A stretch of DNA of 64,000 bases, taken from contig OY968796.1 in NCBI GenBank assembly GCA_963695545.1, forward strand, positions 1,856,001 to 1,920,000, given 5' to 3'. Position numbers and translations under genes: made by a program. Of the stretch, positions 11,501-20,254 are shown one piece after another (positions within the stretch are counted from its first letter, which is position 1; every line of letters starts with the position of its first letter). The notes below the pieces were generated by a model, which was not told the origin of the DNA, did not search any database, and was given only the letters and a program-made list of their open reading frames with translations. The DNA comes from Terriglobia bacterium (lineage in GTDB: Bacteria; Acidobacteriota; Terriglobia; Acidiferrales; UBA7541).

Positions 11501-12195
11501 GTACGTCGCACGGGCTCACCTTCATGGCCAACTACACGTTCAGCAAGGAGCTGGACGATTTGGCTGGCGTCCGGCTTCCGGGTGACGACGACCTTGAGCG
11601 GGCTCCCGGCGCCATTGACCGTCCGGAGGTTGCATCCGCCACAATCGTGTGGCAGCCATTGGCTCCTGGTCATAGCGTGGCCCATTTGGATCGGGCGGCG
11701 AGCGCAATCCTCAGCGGTTGGCTGTTCTCAGGCATCTACACCTTTGCCAGCGGCGCGCCGTTGTCTGTCACCGGCGCGTGCACGGGCGGCTCAATCATCG
11801 ACGCCTCCTGCTACCCGAACCTCACTCCTGGATTTACCGGCCCCGTATGGCAGGGCGGAACACCGGGCACCGGTGGCGTGAATCCGGCCACCACCCACTT
11901 CCTCAATTCGTTGGCTTTCACGGAGCCCGCGGCGTACACCTACGGAGACGCCGCGCGCATGGCTCCGTACAACCTCTACGCTCCGAATATCTGGGATCTG
12001 GACCTCAGCGTTCGCCGCGTGTTCGCGATTCACGAGCAAATGAGCTTCGCGATCCAATGTGACGCGTTCAACGTTCTGAACATCGTCAATTTCGGAGCCC
12101 CGAATACCACTTTGAGCTCCTCGTCTTTCGGGGAAATCACCACGCAAGCCAACAACCCGCGCAAATTGCAGTTCAGCGGCAGGTTCACGTTCTAA
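8503..12195 (+). CDS. TonB-dependent receptor, Oar-like
   Basis: GGAGG RBS, signal peptide, GTVTDPSGAVV, KSGTNQFHGGLFEYFRN, NFGPRVGFAY, terminal RFTF. Confidence 0.92.
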   Translation: MRYVAICFALLVSACTAFAQTGSTGDIQGTVTDPSGAVVVGAAVDATNGATGTNTATETTDAGFFVIPLLLPGQYTITVTASGFQTLKQEHVIVDALQTVTLNPKLQLGSAAQYVTVSSQPTMLQADDQKLGGDVENNVYDSLPLAMANNQARDPAYFSNLVSGVTDSGFQSSGTDLNSYNGGQQFQNEIYVEGLALTSIGTGGDTRNVSFGMSVEAIEQFQVVTSGGEAMYEGQGESNFVIKSGTNQFHGGLFEYFRNTVFDARNFFQTIAPLEHQNEFGGTVGGPVLKNKLFFFGSYDGYRFETDIAPASDTIPTTAEQTGDFSQTGLVPIYNNSIPCTLGSGCTPIGTQFVCPATSTNVANRGKLNIIPGSPACPVTGLTDPISTVSQYLASALPTPTNTAIENNYLAQGLLSKTIQDTTTEKVDYNLNEKNRLFFVYSYGRYLQPGTGSFTAGTSELPPPYLQARSNQEFVNTAQIHETYTISPTLVNDIGIQFSRLLVPEMNITAAGDWPTKAGLTGLPAGIASTAFPIVNFADSYQPMPVSTATTSSWAGTNANASTEAQNTYTVQDSVLWTKNRNHFTFGFQYQALEDNDNNPLTGSLATFNFSVNETACVNVACGSSGQGTVLTHTGNAFASYLLGEVDSSSVVEDTVAETGGRYHDYAPYAQDDIKVTERLTVNLGLRWDIWSPYNEDFNRMSFFNPTLNNPLVGLPGALQFAGNGTDSCHCATPVSWDFKNFGPRVGFAYRIGSNTVVRGFYGIFYAHAGGVGGRTDGRQGLLLIGDNGTASASSTVGGNPAYNWGSTAIGGTNGVIPGGTLSPPFINPSYGIGFISASAPGAAAIGAGPGTAQTLNYADAHESGIPPSYQDISFGIEHSFTPNMTLGVSYSGSLGHHLAGAGVAGPLTDQIPLEYLPLQGLLGSTLTVANEMSAYAILNPLGIAPSWMNAAGTGVPFTFYTGTVGQSLKPFPQYSSISNPWIDVGNSAYNSLQVTFNRRTSHGLTFMANYTFSKELDDLAGVRLPGDDDLERAPGAIDRPEVASATIVWQPLAPGHSVAHLDRAASAILSGWLFSGIYTFASGAPLSVTGACTGGSIIDASCYPNLTPGFTGPVWQGGTPGTGGVNPATTHFLNSLAFTEPAAYTYGDAARMAPYNLYAPNIWDLDLSVRRVFAIHEQMSFAIQCDAFNVLNIVNFGAPNTTLSSSSFGEITTQANNPRKLQFSGRFTF

Positions 12196-12274
12196 GCGAA
12201 CGCGCGCCTGAAACAACCTGCGGCTCGGTAGTCGTCGTTTCTAAGGGCCGCGCGCGGCAGAATCGAAAATCAAT

Positions 12275-12309
12275 GAGCCCTGATCCAAAAGGTCAGGGCT
12301 CTTTTCTTT
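12275..12309 (+). terminator. Rho-independent terminator after the TonB-dependent receptor gene
   Basis: GAGCCCTGA...TCAGGGCTC stem followed by TTTTCTTT. Confidence 0.75.
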
Positions 12310-12312
12310 GGT

Positions 12313-13206
12313 TTAGGAGTGGCCAGCCGGATGCGAGCCGCGATCGCCCATCAGAAGGATACTTCGCTGAGCGAACGGAAGAAACAACAAAGTCGCGATC
12401 ATCGCCATCACGAGGCCGAGGCCGACGCGATCGAGCAGCAGAAACGGCGAGAGCGCCCATAACTCGTCCAGCGGGAAAATGGCGAGGAACAGGTGAAGGA
12501 ACTGGCGCGCGAGACCGCGATAACCAAAGACGGCAGCCGCCAGAAGATACAAACGCACGGCGACGCCCGCTGCTGCCGTAGCCACAATAATCGCGAGTAT
12601 CAATGTGGCATGCTCGGTCCGGCCCGAAAGAAACGCATCTTCCAGGCGCAGGTACGCAAGAGCCGCGATGTAGATTCCAAAATATAGCAATTGGATCAGT
12701 GCAAAGAGCAGGCGCGCCGTTTTCTGCGGGACGCCTGGCAAATCCCGGTGGTCGCTCAATAGCCTAGCGCGGGGCATCGCGGAGAGAGCGTCATTGCCTG
12801 CCACGCCATTCGGCGTAGGCGCGTGAGCGGCTTCGCGCGTTTCAACCGGCGCTATGAATCGATAGCCGCGGCGCGCCAGAGTCTGCACGAAGCGCGGATT
12901 GCTCGCGGAATCCTCGAGAGCTTCGCGCAGCTTGTTCACCGCGGTATTCAAACTGTGATCAAAATCCACGAAGGTGTCCGCGGGCCAAAGCCGCTGGCGC
13001 AGCTCTTCTCGCGTCACAATTTCGCCGGGGCGTTCGAGCAACTGCAGCAGCACGTCGAACGGCTGTCCTTGCATGCGGCGGCGGGCCACGCCGTCTTTGC
13101 GCAGATCGCCCGACTCGCGATCGAGCTCGAAAACGCCGAAGCGAATCACACGATCGGGCTTTTGCGCCTCTTGAACCAAAGTATCTCCGGCGAAAACCGG
13201 CCTCAT
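12313..13206 (-). CDS. Membrane-anchored winged-helix (CadC/ToxR-like) transcriptional regulator with about 4 C-terminal TM helices
   Basis: RFGVFELD...GEIVTREELRQRLWP...SLNTAVNKLREALEDSASNPRFVQTLARRGYRF (OmpR-type DNA-binding domain); hydrophobic C-terminus. Confidence 0.85.
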   Translation of the reverse strand: MRPVFAGDTLVQEAQKPDRVIRFGVFELDRESGDLRKDGVARRRMQGQPFDVLLQLLERPGEIVTREELRQRLWPADTFVDFDHSLNTAVNKLREALEDSASNPRFVQTLARRGYRFIAPVETREAAHAPTPNGVAGNDALSAMPRARLLSDHRDLPGVPQKTARLLFALIQLLYFGIYIAALAYLRLEDAFLSGRTEHATLILAIIVATAAAGVAVRLYLLAAAVFGYRGLARQFLHLFLAIFPLDELWALSPFLLLDRVGLGLVMAMIATLLFLPFAQRSILLMGDRGSHPAGHS

Positions 13207-13340
13207 TCTAAATGATACGGTCTTCCAAGTCTCTCATTTTCATGCAATTACGGAGTGATCTGGGAACAAGCCAAAACTGAGCGCGCGTGCATTGTTCGAC
13301 GTTCGAGTTTGCTCAATGCTCCGCACGAACGGAGGAACCC

Positions 13341-14225
13341 ATGCGAGGCGGACTGAAAGTTCCGATTGCGATTTCCATTCTTGCGGGATTGTTGTGGGCG
13401 TCTGCGCCCGCGAAGGCGCAACTCACGCCCGCGGCAGAGCGCGGATTCGAGCGTTATGTTCAACTCACCGAAGATCGAATGAGCGCGGAGGTGCGGCCGG
13501 GCGCGCCGTTTCTTTGGATCGATCGTTCGCCGGAAGCGCAACGCAAATCCGGCCTCGCGCGCCTGGAGAACGGTGAGGTCCTTTCGGAACAGCTGACCAC
13601 TTCGGCTCCCGGCGCCGAGATCTCAACGCCGGGCGCGCTGATTCACCACTGGGTTGGGACTGTTTTCATTCCAGGAGTGACGCTGCAGCAAGTGCTGGCC
13701 GTTGTGCAGGACTACGATCAGCACCAGCAGTATTACCAGCCCGAAGTCGAGCGATCGAAGCTACTTGCGAGAGCAGGCGACGATTTCAAAGTTTATTACC
13801 GATTGAAACAGACGGACATCCTCACTGTGGTGCTCGACACAGAATACCAAATTCACTACGAGCGGCTCGACGCGAATCATGAGACGAGCTGTTCCTACAG
13901 CACGCGCGTCGCGGAAATTGTCCGGCCTGGAACGCCGCGTGAGCGCGCACTCTCTCCCAATGACGATCACGGATTTCTGTGGCGGCTCAATTCGTACTGG
14001 CGCTTTGAGCAGACTCCGCGCGGCGTCTTCGTGCAATGCGAAGCCATTTCGTTGACGCGAGACATCCCCGTGGGCGTCGGGTGGCTGATGGCGCCGCTGG
14101 TCGAACAGGTTCCGAAAGAATCGCTCGAATTCACGTTGGGAGCCACGCGTGAGGCGGTTCTCGGTCGCGCGACCGGCGCCGCACCGACGCAAGATTCCGC
14201 GCCGCACAGCGCGGAGCGGCCGTGA
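13341..14225 (+). CDS. Secreted hypothetical protein
   Basis: GGAGG RBS before ATG 13341; signal peptide ending ASAPAKA; GFLWRLNSYWRF segment; function not recognised. Confidence 0.75.
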   Translation: MRGGLKVPIAISILAGLLWASAPAKAQLTPAAERGFERYVQLTEDRMSAEVRPGAPFLWIDRSPEAQRKSGLARLENGEVLSEQLTTSAPGAEISTPGALIHHWVGTVFIPGVTLQQVLAVVQDYDQHQQYYQPEVERSKLLARAGDDFKVYYRLKQTDILTVVLDTEYQIHYERLDANHETSCSYSTRVAEIVRPGTPRERALSPNDDHGFLWRLNSYWRFEQTPRGVFVQCEAISLTRDIPVGVGWLMAPLVEQVPKESLEFTLGATREAVLGRATGAAPTQDSAPHSAERP

Positions 14226-14269
14226 GTCGGTTCCGAATTGCACGATGTTGCAGAGAAAAAGGAGGAAAC

Positions 14270-15034
14270 ATGGCCACGTCAACCCAGGACTTGGAAGAAA
14301 CGCTGACATTGGAAACAACGATGCCAATCGTTACGCGAGTGACTGGAGACGATGCGCGCGTCACCGGAGAAGCGTTTCGCGATGCCAGGCGCGTGCAAGA
14401 GAGCCTTACGGCTGGAATCGAGCGAAAGGCGCTGCGATGGATTGGGATGCGCCTGCCGGCGTGGGTGCAATCGGATCATCTGACACTGCTCGGCTTTCTC
14501 GCGATGCTCTTGGCGGGGGCAAGCTATGCGTTCACGCGCTGGGATCGCGATGGTCTACTGTTCGCGATCCTTTGCATAGCGCTCAACTGGTTCGGCGATA
14601 GTCTCGATGGAACGATTGCGCGATTGCGGAATCGCCAGCGACCGCGATACGGATTTTACGTGGACCACATGATTGACACGGCCGGCGGATTGTTCTTGAT
14701 GGGCGCCCTCGCGATTTCCGGTTTGATGGATTGGCGCATTGCCATGGGAATGTTCTGCGCGTTTCTAATGCTTTCGATCGAATCGTACCTTGCAACCTAC
14801 ACGCTGGGCGCCTTCCGCCTTTCGCATGCGAAGCTCGGGCCGACGGAGATTCGTATTCTTCTGGTGGGTGGAAACCTGGCGCTGTGGTTGCATCCGGCGC
14901 AGTGTGTCTGGGGCACGGCGTACAGACTTTTTGATGTCGGAGGCTTGGTAGCGATCGCCGGGATGGGCGCGATGTTCGTCGCGGCCGCGATTCGGCATAC
15001 GCGCGATCTCTACCAGATGGAAAGGCTGCCGTAG
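14270..15034 (+). CDS. CDP-alcohol phosphatidyltransferase family protein
   Basis: Signature DxxDGxxAR(x8)GxxxDxxxD present as DSLDGTIARLRNRQRPRYGFYVDHMID; AGGAGG RBS. Confidence 0.9.
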   Translation: MATSTQDLEETLTLETTMPIVTRVTGDDARVTGEAFRDARRVQESLTAGIERKALRWIGMRLPAWVQSDHLTLLGFLAMLLAGASYAFTRWDRDGLLFAILCIALNWFGDSLDGTIARLRNRQRPRYGFYVDHMIDTAGGLFLMGALAISGLMDWRIAMGMFCAFLMLSIESYLATYTLGAFRLSHAKLGPTEIRILLVGGNLALWLHPAQCVWGTAYRLFDVGGLVAIAGMGAMFVAAAIRHTRDLYQMERLP

Positions 15035-15092
15035 GCTTTACAGCGCCGCGAAAATCGCGCGGGCCAAACGCGTCGCGGCGGTTGCTCCAGCT

Positions 15093-16160
15093 TTATTGAG
15101 ATGGAGTCGTTCCCTGCGTAAGCAGTCTCGGAATCGGGCGGTAGCCGCTCCTGGTACGAATGTGGTATTTCTTCAAGCGCGGACCCACCAGAGTCACCTT
15201 AATCGCGCGCCAGCCGCGGTTCGGATTTTCCTGAGGGTAGTAGCTGAGCGAATAGAGATGCGCGAGGTCATCACGCACCAGAGAGAAAGCCTTCTTTTGT
15301 CCTCTCCAACTGCTCGCAAAAAAGGCCCTGCCGCCCGTGCTCATACTCATGCGCGTGAAAACCTCGGCGGAAAGCGGGTCTTCTTGTGCTTCGCGGGTGC
15401 AGATCATGTAGATCGGAATTCCTTCCGACTGCGCCAATTCGCCAACGACATCGGGAGAAATCGCGCTGGCGTTGTCGGGTCCGTTGGAGAAAACTACCAC
15501 CACTTTTCTGCCGGTAAAGCCACCCGCATCTTTGAGTGTCAATAGCAGAGCGTCGTAAAGTGCCGCGTCGTCTCCGGCCACCGTGTCGCGCACCCCGCGC
15601 AAAACTTCCGATCGATCGGCGGTGAGCAGCGCCTCGCGCGACACATTGCGGCTGTAAGAATAAAACGCCACACGATCTGCGTTTTCCAGGGACCGGAGAA
15701 AGTCGGCGATGGCATCCTGCGCGAGGACAAAACCCTGGTGCAGATACATATAGTCACTCGTATCGAAGAGCACGAAAACGTCCGCGCCGGCCACGGCAAC
15801 GCCGAGCCGCTCCGCCGAGTCATCGGGCGGTGCCGCGGGGACGCTGGCCTGGCTGGCTTCGGTCGCCCCCGGTTGGGCCGGCACGGGCCCGGCGTCTGCA
15901 ATTGTTTGCGGGGCTCCGTTACCTTCTTCGAAGATGGCGATTTTTTGCGGAATCTTGTCCTCGGTAATCGCGAAGTCCTGGGGCCGCAGGCCGGTAACAT
16001 AGTTCCCTTTGCTGTCCGTCACTGCGACGTTCAGCTGCACCAGGTTGACTTCGACGCGGATCACCTGGTTTTGTGATGTGTCCTGAGCGGCCATCAAAAC
16101 CGCGGACACGGATATCAGTGTCAGTAAGATCAGACTGCACGCATAGGATCGCTTTGCCAT
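15093..16160 (-). CDS. Secreted VWA-domain protein (Acidobacteria-type)
   Basis: IRVEVNLVQLNVAVTDSKGNYVTGL...DF N-terminus; FDTS, ALYDAL, RKVVVVFSNG, TGGRAFF, RTRSGY. Confidence 0.85.
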   Translation of the reverse strand: MAKRSYACSLILLTLISVSAVLMAAQDTSQNQVIRVEVNLVQLNVAVTDSKGNYVTGLRPQDFAITEDKIPQKIAIFEEGNGAPQTIADAGPVPAQPGATEASQASVPAAPPDDSAERLGVAVAGADVFVLFDTSDYMYLHQGFVLAQDAIADFLRSLENADRVAFYSYSRNVSREALLTADRSEVLRGVRDTVAGDDAALYDALLLTLKDAGGFTGRKVVVVFSNGPDNASAISPDVVGELAQSEGIPIYMICTREAQEDPLSAEVFTRMSMSTGGRAFFASSWRGQKKAFSLVRDDLAHLYSLSYYPQENPNRGWRAIKVTLVGPRLKKYHIRTRSGYRPIPRLLTQGTTPSQ

Positions 16161-16240
16161 AAAGCCCTCTCGTACTCGCCCGTCACGTCTCCCTCAGCAG
16201 GCCAGGGATTTCGAGAATTTGTGGGCGGATCGACAGTCTT

Positions 16241-19200
16241 CTACTTTTCAGATACAGCGACACTCTTGGGCAAGGGAGCGATCTTGCCCTCCCGAAATTC
16301 CTCACCCGTTTCCCGCATCGCGCGCAGCAGCGCCGGCCAATCCTCGTAGTGCGTTGCAAATATTTTCTCGACCATGCGACGCGTCAATTCAGGAACCAAT
16401 TGATTCAGCATCACTGGGGAATAGCCAAGTTCGTCCGCCAAGCGAGCCCAGTACAGATTGTTTGACTCCCAAGATTCGGCCATCAAGCGCGAAGAATAAC
16501 TCTCGAACGTCGGGAGCAGCTTTACATTCATCAACTCGCGGGCGTCACTCTGTCCCAGGGCGGGATGAGGTATCCCAAAATCTTCCGACAGCCGTTCCGG
16601 GCCGACCTCCGCGGGATATTGAGTGGAGAGCTTGGCCAGTTCGTTCCCTGAAGCGCCCCAATGATCGGTGTCTTGCGGGTAGATTCGACGATACTCCTCC
16701 GCCAAGTAGAAGGTCTCCGCCGGCATGACCTCAGCGAGCACTTCGTCCATGTGCCCCGCGCGGAGATCATCCTCAACTCGTTCGGACCTTTGCGTAAGCA
16801 TGCAGTCCGAGAGGATATCCATTACCCGCTGGCGCACTGCGTCATTCTCGGCAGCAGCGGCCAAGAGTTCCTCGCCGGTTCGCTGGTACAGCGCGACAGC
16901 ATGAAGCTCGTTCGGAGTTACGCCCCACCACCGCGGCAGAACCGCGCTGGTCATCATGCTCGGTACCAAGTCCTCCCAGATCAGGGCTTGCACGTTATCC
17001 GGAACGATGAAGTCCTGCTCCGCATCCGCCAGGGCGAACGGCAGATCCGCCAGCGAGCCGACCAGATGGGATCCGCCTACCGCCAACAAGCCGCGGCCAG
17101 ACAACGTCGAGGTCTGCCAGTCAGGCTCTCCCCCGTCGGCAAACACTTCCACGAATTCGTGAGATCGAACGAAAAGGGGATCATTGTGGAGAATTTGAGC
17201 GCCGGGCGGTTCGTAGTAGGCATAGTTCAGGCCCACCAGAGTGTCTCTGAGGAACGGAGTGAGCTCACCGCGAGCCGCGATCAATTCTTGTGCCGAGCCA
17301 GAGTCGATGGCCTTGGCCAAGTCCGTGCGCATCTGCAATTTTGTGTGGCGAGGATCATACTGGCCGGAAGACCACTCATTTTTTTCGGTGCTCGTGAGAA
17401 TTTGCTGCGGCATCTCGAATTCCCGAAGCTGCGCGGCGAGTGGAAGCAGGCTGGCGGCAACGGCCTTTCCTTTGGCCATTTGATCCAAGCCATCCGCGAG
17501 CGCCAATATCGTGTCCAGAGAAACAAGACGCTGAGCGACCATGACCGAGCGAATTCTTTCAGCGATCTCCTGCCTGACTTGCTGGCCGTCGGGGCTTGCC
17601 TGATCGGGGCCCGCCAGCAACGCTACGATGTCGTCCTGGGAAAGATCGGATTTGCCGGTTGCGTCGTGCAACAGTGCAGCGAGTGAAGCTCGGCCCGCGT
17701 CGAAAACTTGTTGTGACGTGGTGATTCCAACAAAGGGATTGATCACGCGCTGCAACGAATCGTTCAAACTTGCATCCGCCATTTGCCCTTGCCGCGCCAG
17801 AATTTGCCACAGACCCACCTCAGCCTGAAAAATGCCGATAGCGTTGCCTCGCACCGTGCCGTCTGGAAGGTGGTCGAGGTCCTCGGCAACTTTCATAAAG
17901 TCTGTGATGGAGGCATTGCTCAGATCGCGAAATTCCGAAAACATCAGGTACTGGTCGCTGAATCGCGAAAATTTGTCGGCCAACAACCGGACTGTTTCCG
18001 GAGTCAATCGCTGTTCGGGTGACCGTCCGCGATCGATTTCGCACAACGAGAGGTATATTTCCAGCGGGCTGTCCATCATTTCCACCCGCGAAAGACCGAA
18101 CATTCCCTCGACAAGATTGTCTGGGCTCTCCCAGCGCGTTGCGCGCCGGCCCCATTCGCCGACGACCTTGGGATCGCTCTCCGTGTCGTGGCCCAGGATG
18201 TACTTCCATGCGTCGAGATTGCCGGGGACGAACGGCTGGCCGCTCGAGTCCAGCTGGAGCTGAGTCACAAGTAGCACGAGTCCCGCATCGGGACGATACG
18301 CGCTCCGGAACGACGTCTGGGAATTATCGTGTCCTCGGAGCGCTGCATAGAAAAGCTGCATTCGGGTTGGATCGGTGAAATAGGCCTGCTGAGTTTTGTT
18401 GCCCCGTGACAGCGCATCATAAAACGCCACCAGCCAGCCGTTGTCTTTGGTGAGCAGGTGAGATACGAATTCTCCGGGCGAATCCGGGCTCGCTCCTACC
18501 AGATCTTTCCACGTGGCTTCCGCGGGAGTTCCCCCGGGCACGACTACGCGTCCGGACCGAATGGAGATGTTACTCGCATAGAAGTCCATGACCGGAGCGT
18601 GGGGAAGCAATTTCGCCAATCCCAGCGATTGGTTCAACGCGTCACACGTTTCGATGTCCATCTGAGACATAGCCCAATAAAGACGGGAGACATCGGGGTC
18701 GCGCACAAGAACGTCAACTACATCGTTTGCGCCTCCCGAGCTCACTTGATCCTTTTTGAATGCGGTCCAGGCGTCCTGCCCGATCAACACCGGCACTTGT
18801 GTGGGAGCGAAAGAATAGGTGAAGGGTTTCGCCGCGCGCAGCGATTCCTCGAGGTCAGCGAGAGGAAAACCCGAATCTATGGTTACGAAGGCCCTACTCG
18901 GATCGGCAGTCTCCAAATAAACTTCCGGTCCACAAGTTTTCTCCAGCCGGTATCCCAAGATCGTCAGCAAGGCGCCCGCGTCGTTGCAAGTCGTCACGCG
19001 GATCACGCCTTCTGAACCAGCCAGCGTTTGCAATTCCCTGGCTTCTTGCAAATACCGCTGCAGGAGGATCAGATACTCCGTGGGCCGGTCACCATCTTTC
19101 CCCGAACCACGATAACCAAGGGTTGCCACACTTCGGGCCAGGAGTGGCAAAACCTCCTCCGGCGAAACTTGCTGGCTGATTCCAGCCATGCGCAATAAGG

Positions 19201-19393
19201 AGCGTAGCGGACCCGGAATGGCCGTCTCCGCCGGATGCAATGACACAGAAGGGTTAACGTCGAAAGGCCGAGTCGCCGCTAGAGGTTCCGACGGCCCTAA
19301 TTGAGCGGCACTTCTTGTCGGAACGGACAGGCAGGAACAAGTGCAGAGAATAGCCGCTGGAAGAATCGTAGAGAGGCGAAAAGAGGATCTCAT
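16241..19393 (-). CDS. Large secreted hypothetical protein (1050 aa)
   Basis: Long ORF with GGAGG RBS and signal peptide; co-oriented with the VWA gene; no recognised domain. Confidence 0.8.
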   Translation of the reverse strand: MRSSFRLSTILPAAILCTCSCLSVPTRSAAQLGPSEPLAATRPFDVNPSVSLHPAETAIPGPLRSLLRMAGISQQVSPEEVLPLLARSVATLGYRGSGKDGDRPTEYLILLQRYLQEARELQTLAGSEGVIRVTTCNDAGALLTILGYRLEKTCGPEVYLETADPSRAFVTIDSGFPLADLEESLRAAKPFTYSFAPTQVPVLIGQDAWTAFKKDQVSSGGANDVVDVLVRDPDVSRLYWAMSQMDIETCDALNQSLGLAKLLPHAPVMDFYASNISIRSGRVVVPGGTPAEATWKDLVGASPDSPGEFVSHLLTKDNGWLVAFYDALSRGNKTQQAYFTDPTRMQLFYAALRGHDNSQTSFRSAYRPDAGLVLLVTQLQLDSSGQPFVPGNLDAWKYILGHDTESDPKVVGEWGRRATRWESPDNLVEGMFGLSRVEMMDSPLEIYLSLCEIDRGRSPEQRLTPETVRLLADKFSRFSDQYLMFSEFRDLSNASITDFMKVAEDLDHLPDGTVRGNAIGIFQAEVGLWQILARQGQMADASLNDSLQRVINPFVGITTSQQVFDAGRASLAALLHDATGKSDLSQDDIVALLAGPDQASPDGQQVRQEIAERIRSVMVAQRLVSLDTILALADGLDQMAKGKAVAASLLPLAAQLREFEMPQQILTSTEKNEWSSGQYDPRHTKLQMRTDLAKAIDSGSAQELIAARGELTPFLRDTLVGLNYAYYEPPGAQILHNDPLFVRSHEFVEVFADGGEPDWQTSTLSGRGLLAVGGSHLVGSLADLPFALADAEQDFIVPDNVQALIWEDLVPSMMTSAVLPRWWGVTPNELHAVALYQRTGEELLAAAAENDAVRQRVMDILSDCMLTQRSERVEDDLRAGHMDEVLAEVMPAETFYLAEEYRRIYPQDTDHWGASGNELAKLSTQYPAEVGPERLSEDFGIPHPALGQSDARELMNVKLLPTFESYSSRLMAESWESNNLYWARLADELGYSPVMLNQLVPELTRRMVEKIFATHYEDWPALLRAMRETGEEFREGKIAPLPKSVAVSEK

Positions 19394-19961
19394 CGCAAAT
19401 ACCTCCCGACTGGCTGCTACTTAATGGCGCCCAATCCAGCGACGCGAATAGCGGGAGAGGACTCGATCCGCTCCCCGATGAATCCTGCAATCTGCTGGCC
19501 TAAATAGCGAGAATCGCGAATTCGATTTGGAGTGCGCGTAAACCGGAATCATTCCCGTTTTACGCGACTAACGTGTTGGCGACCCCCCTTACTGGGCGCA
19601 AGGGTATGCCAATCCCTGGACGTTCGTCAATTGCGACAATGATCTCGACCGGGGGCTCGCAGGCCCGGATCGGCCAAACCCATTTTGGGGCGTGCCGCGG
19701 AAAAATTCCCGCGTCGTGCAGGCGCCTCGCTAGAGTTTCGACGCAATCTTCGCGATTCAATATTCGTGATGCGGCCCACGCAAGGCCGATTTGCGCTTGC
19801 TTGAGATTCCGTTCGGGTCGTTTCGACCTTTGACGATTCTCAGCGGACTGGATTTATCTGATGAAGTACAGAGTTGCAGGTGGGTACATGGCTCCGTGCC
19901 AGCTCGCGCAGGCATGGAACAAGGCGGTCGAGTCTGGACGCAAAATCAGCGCAGGGCGTGG

Positions 19962-20017
19962 TTGAAAACGAATTGTCGGGGCAAGAGGATTTGAACCTCC
20001 GACCTCTAGTCCCGAAC
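19962..20017 (-). repeat. Degenerate copy of the tRNA-Pro 3' half plus flank (att-like direct repeat)
   Basis: TTGAAAACGAATTGTCGGGGCAAGAGGATTTGAACCTCCGACCTCTAGTCCCGAAC aligns to 30716-30772 TTGAAAACAAATGGTCGGGGCGAGAGGATTTGAACCTCCGACCCCCTGGTCCCGAAC. Confidence 0.9.
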
Positions 20018-20254
20018 GAGACTCTAGCGCTTATTGAAATCCATGAATTCCTGTTGATTCTAAGTGATCGCTGTTGATACGTTTGAGGCCTTCTTGTTGA
20101 ACTCCGTTGAGTCTTGTTGAAGTTGGGTGTTTTCGCAGCTGCAAAATTATCTACAGTTTGGCTCCACGCTACTGCCGAGACCGAGTTCGCGTCGAGCTTG
20201 GAACTTTTAGGACGGACAGAGCACGATTGCCTTGCGTCTAAAATCCGATCGCAT

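Noticed and set aside
19962..20017. Second functional tRNA-Pro
   Set aside because: Only the 3' half is present; the 5' acceptor strand and D arm are missing and the CCA is mutated
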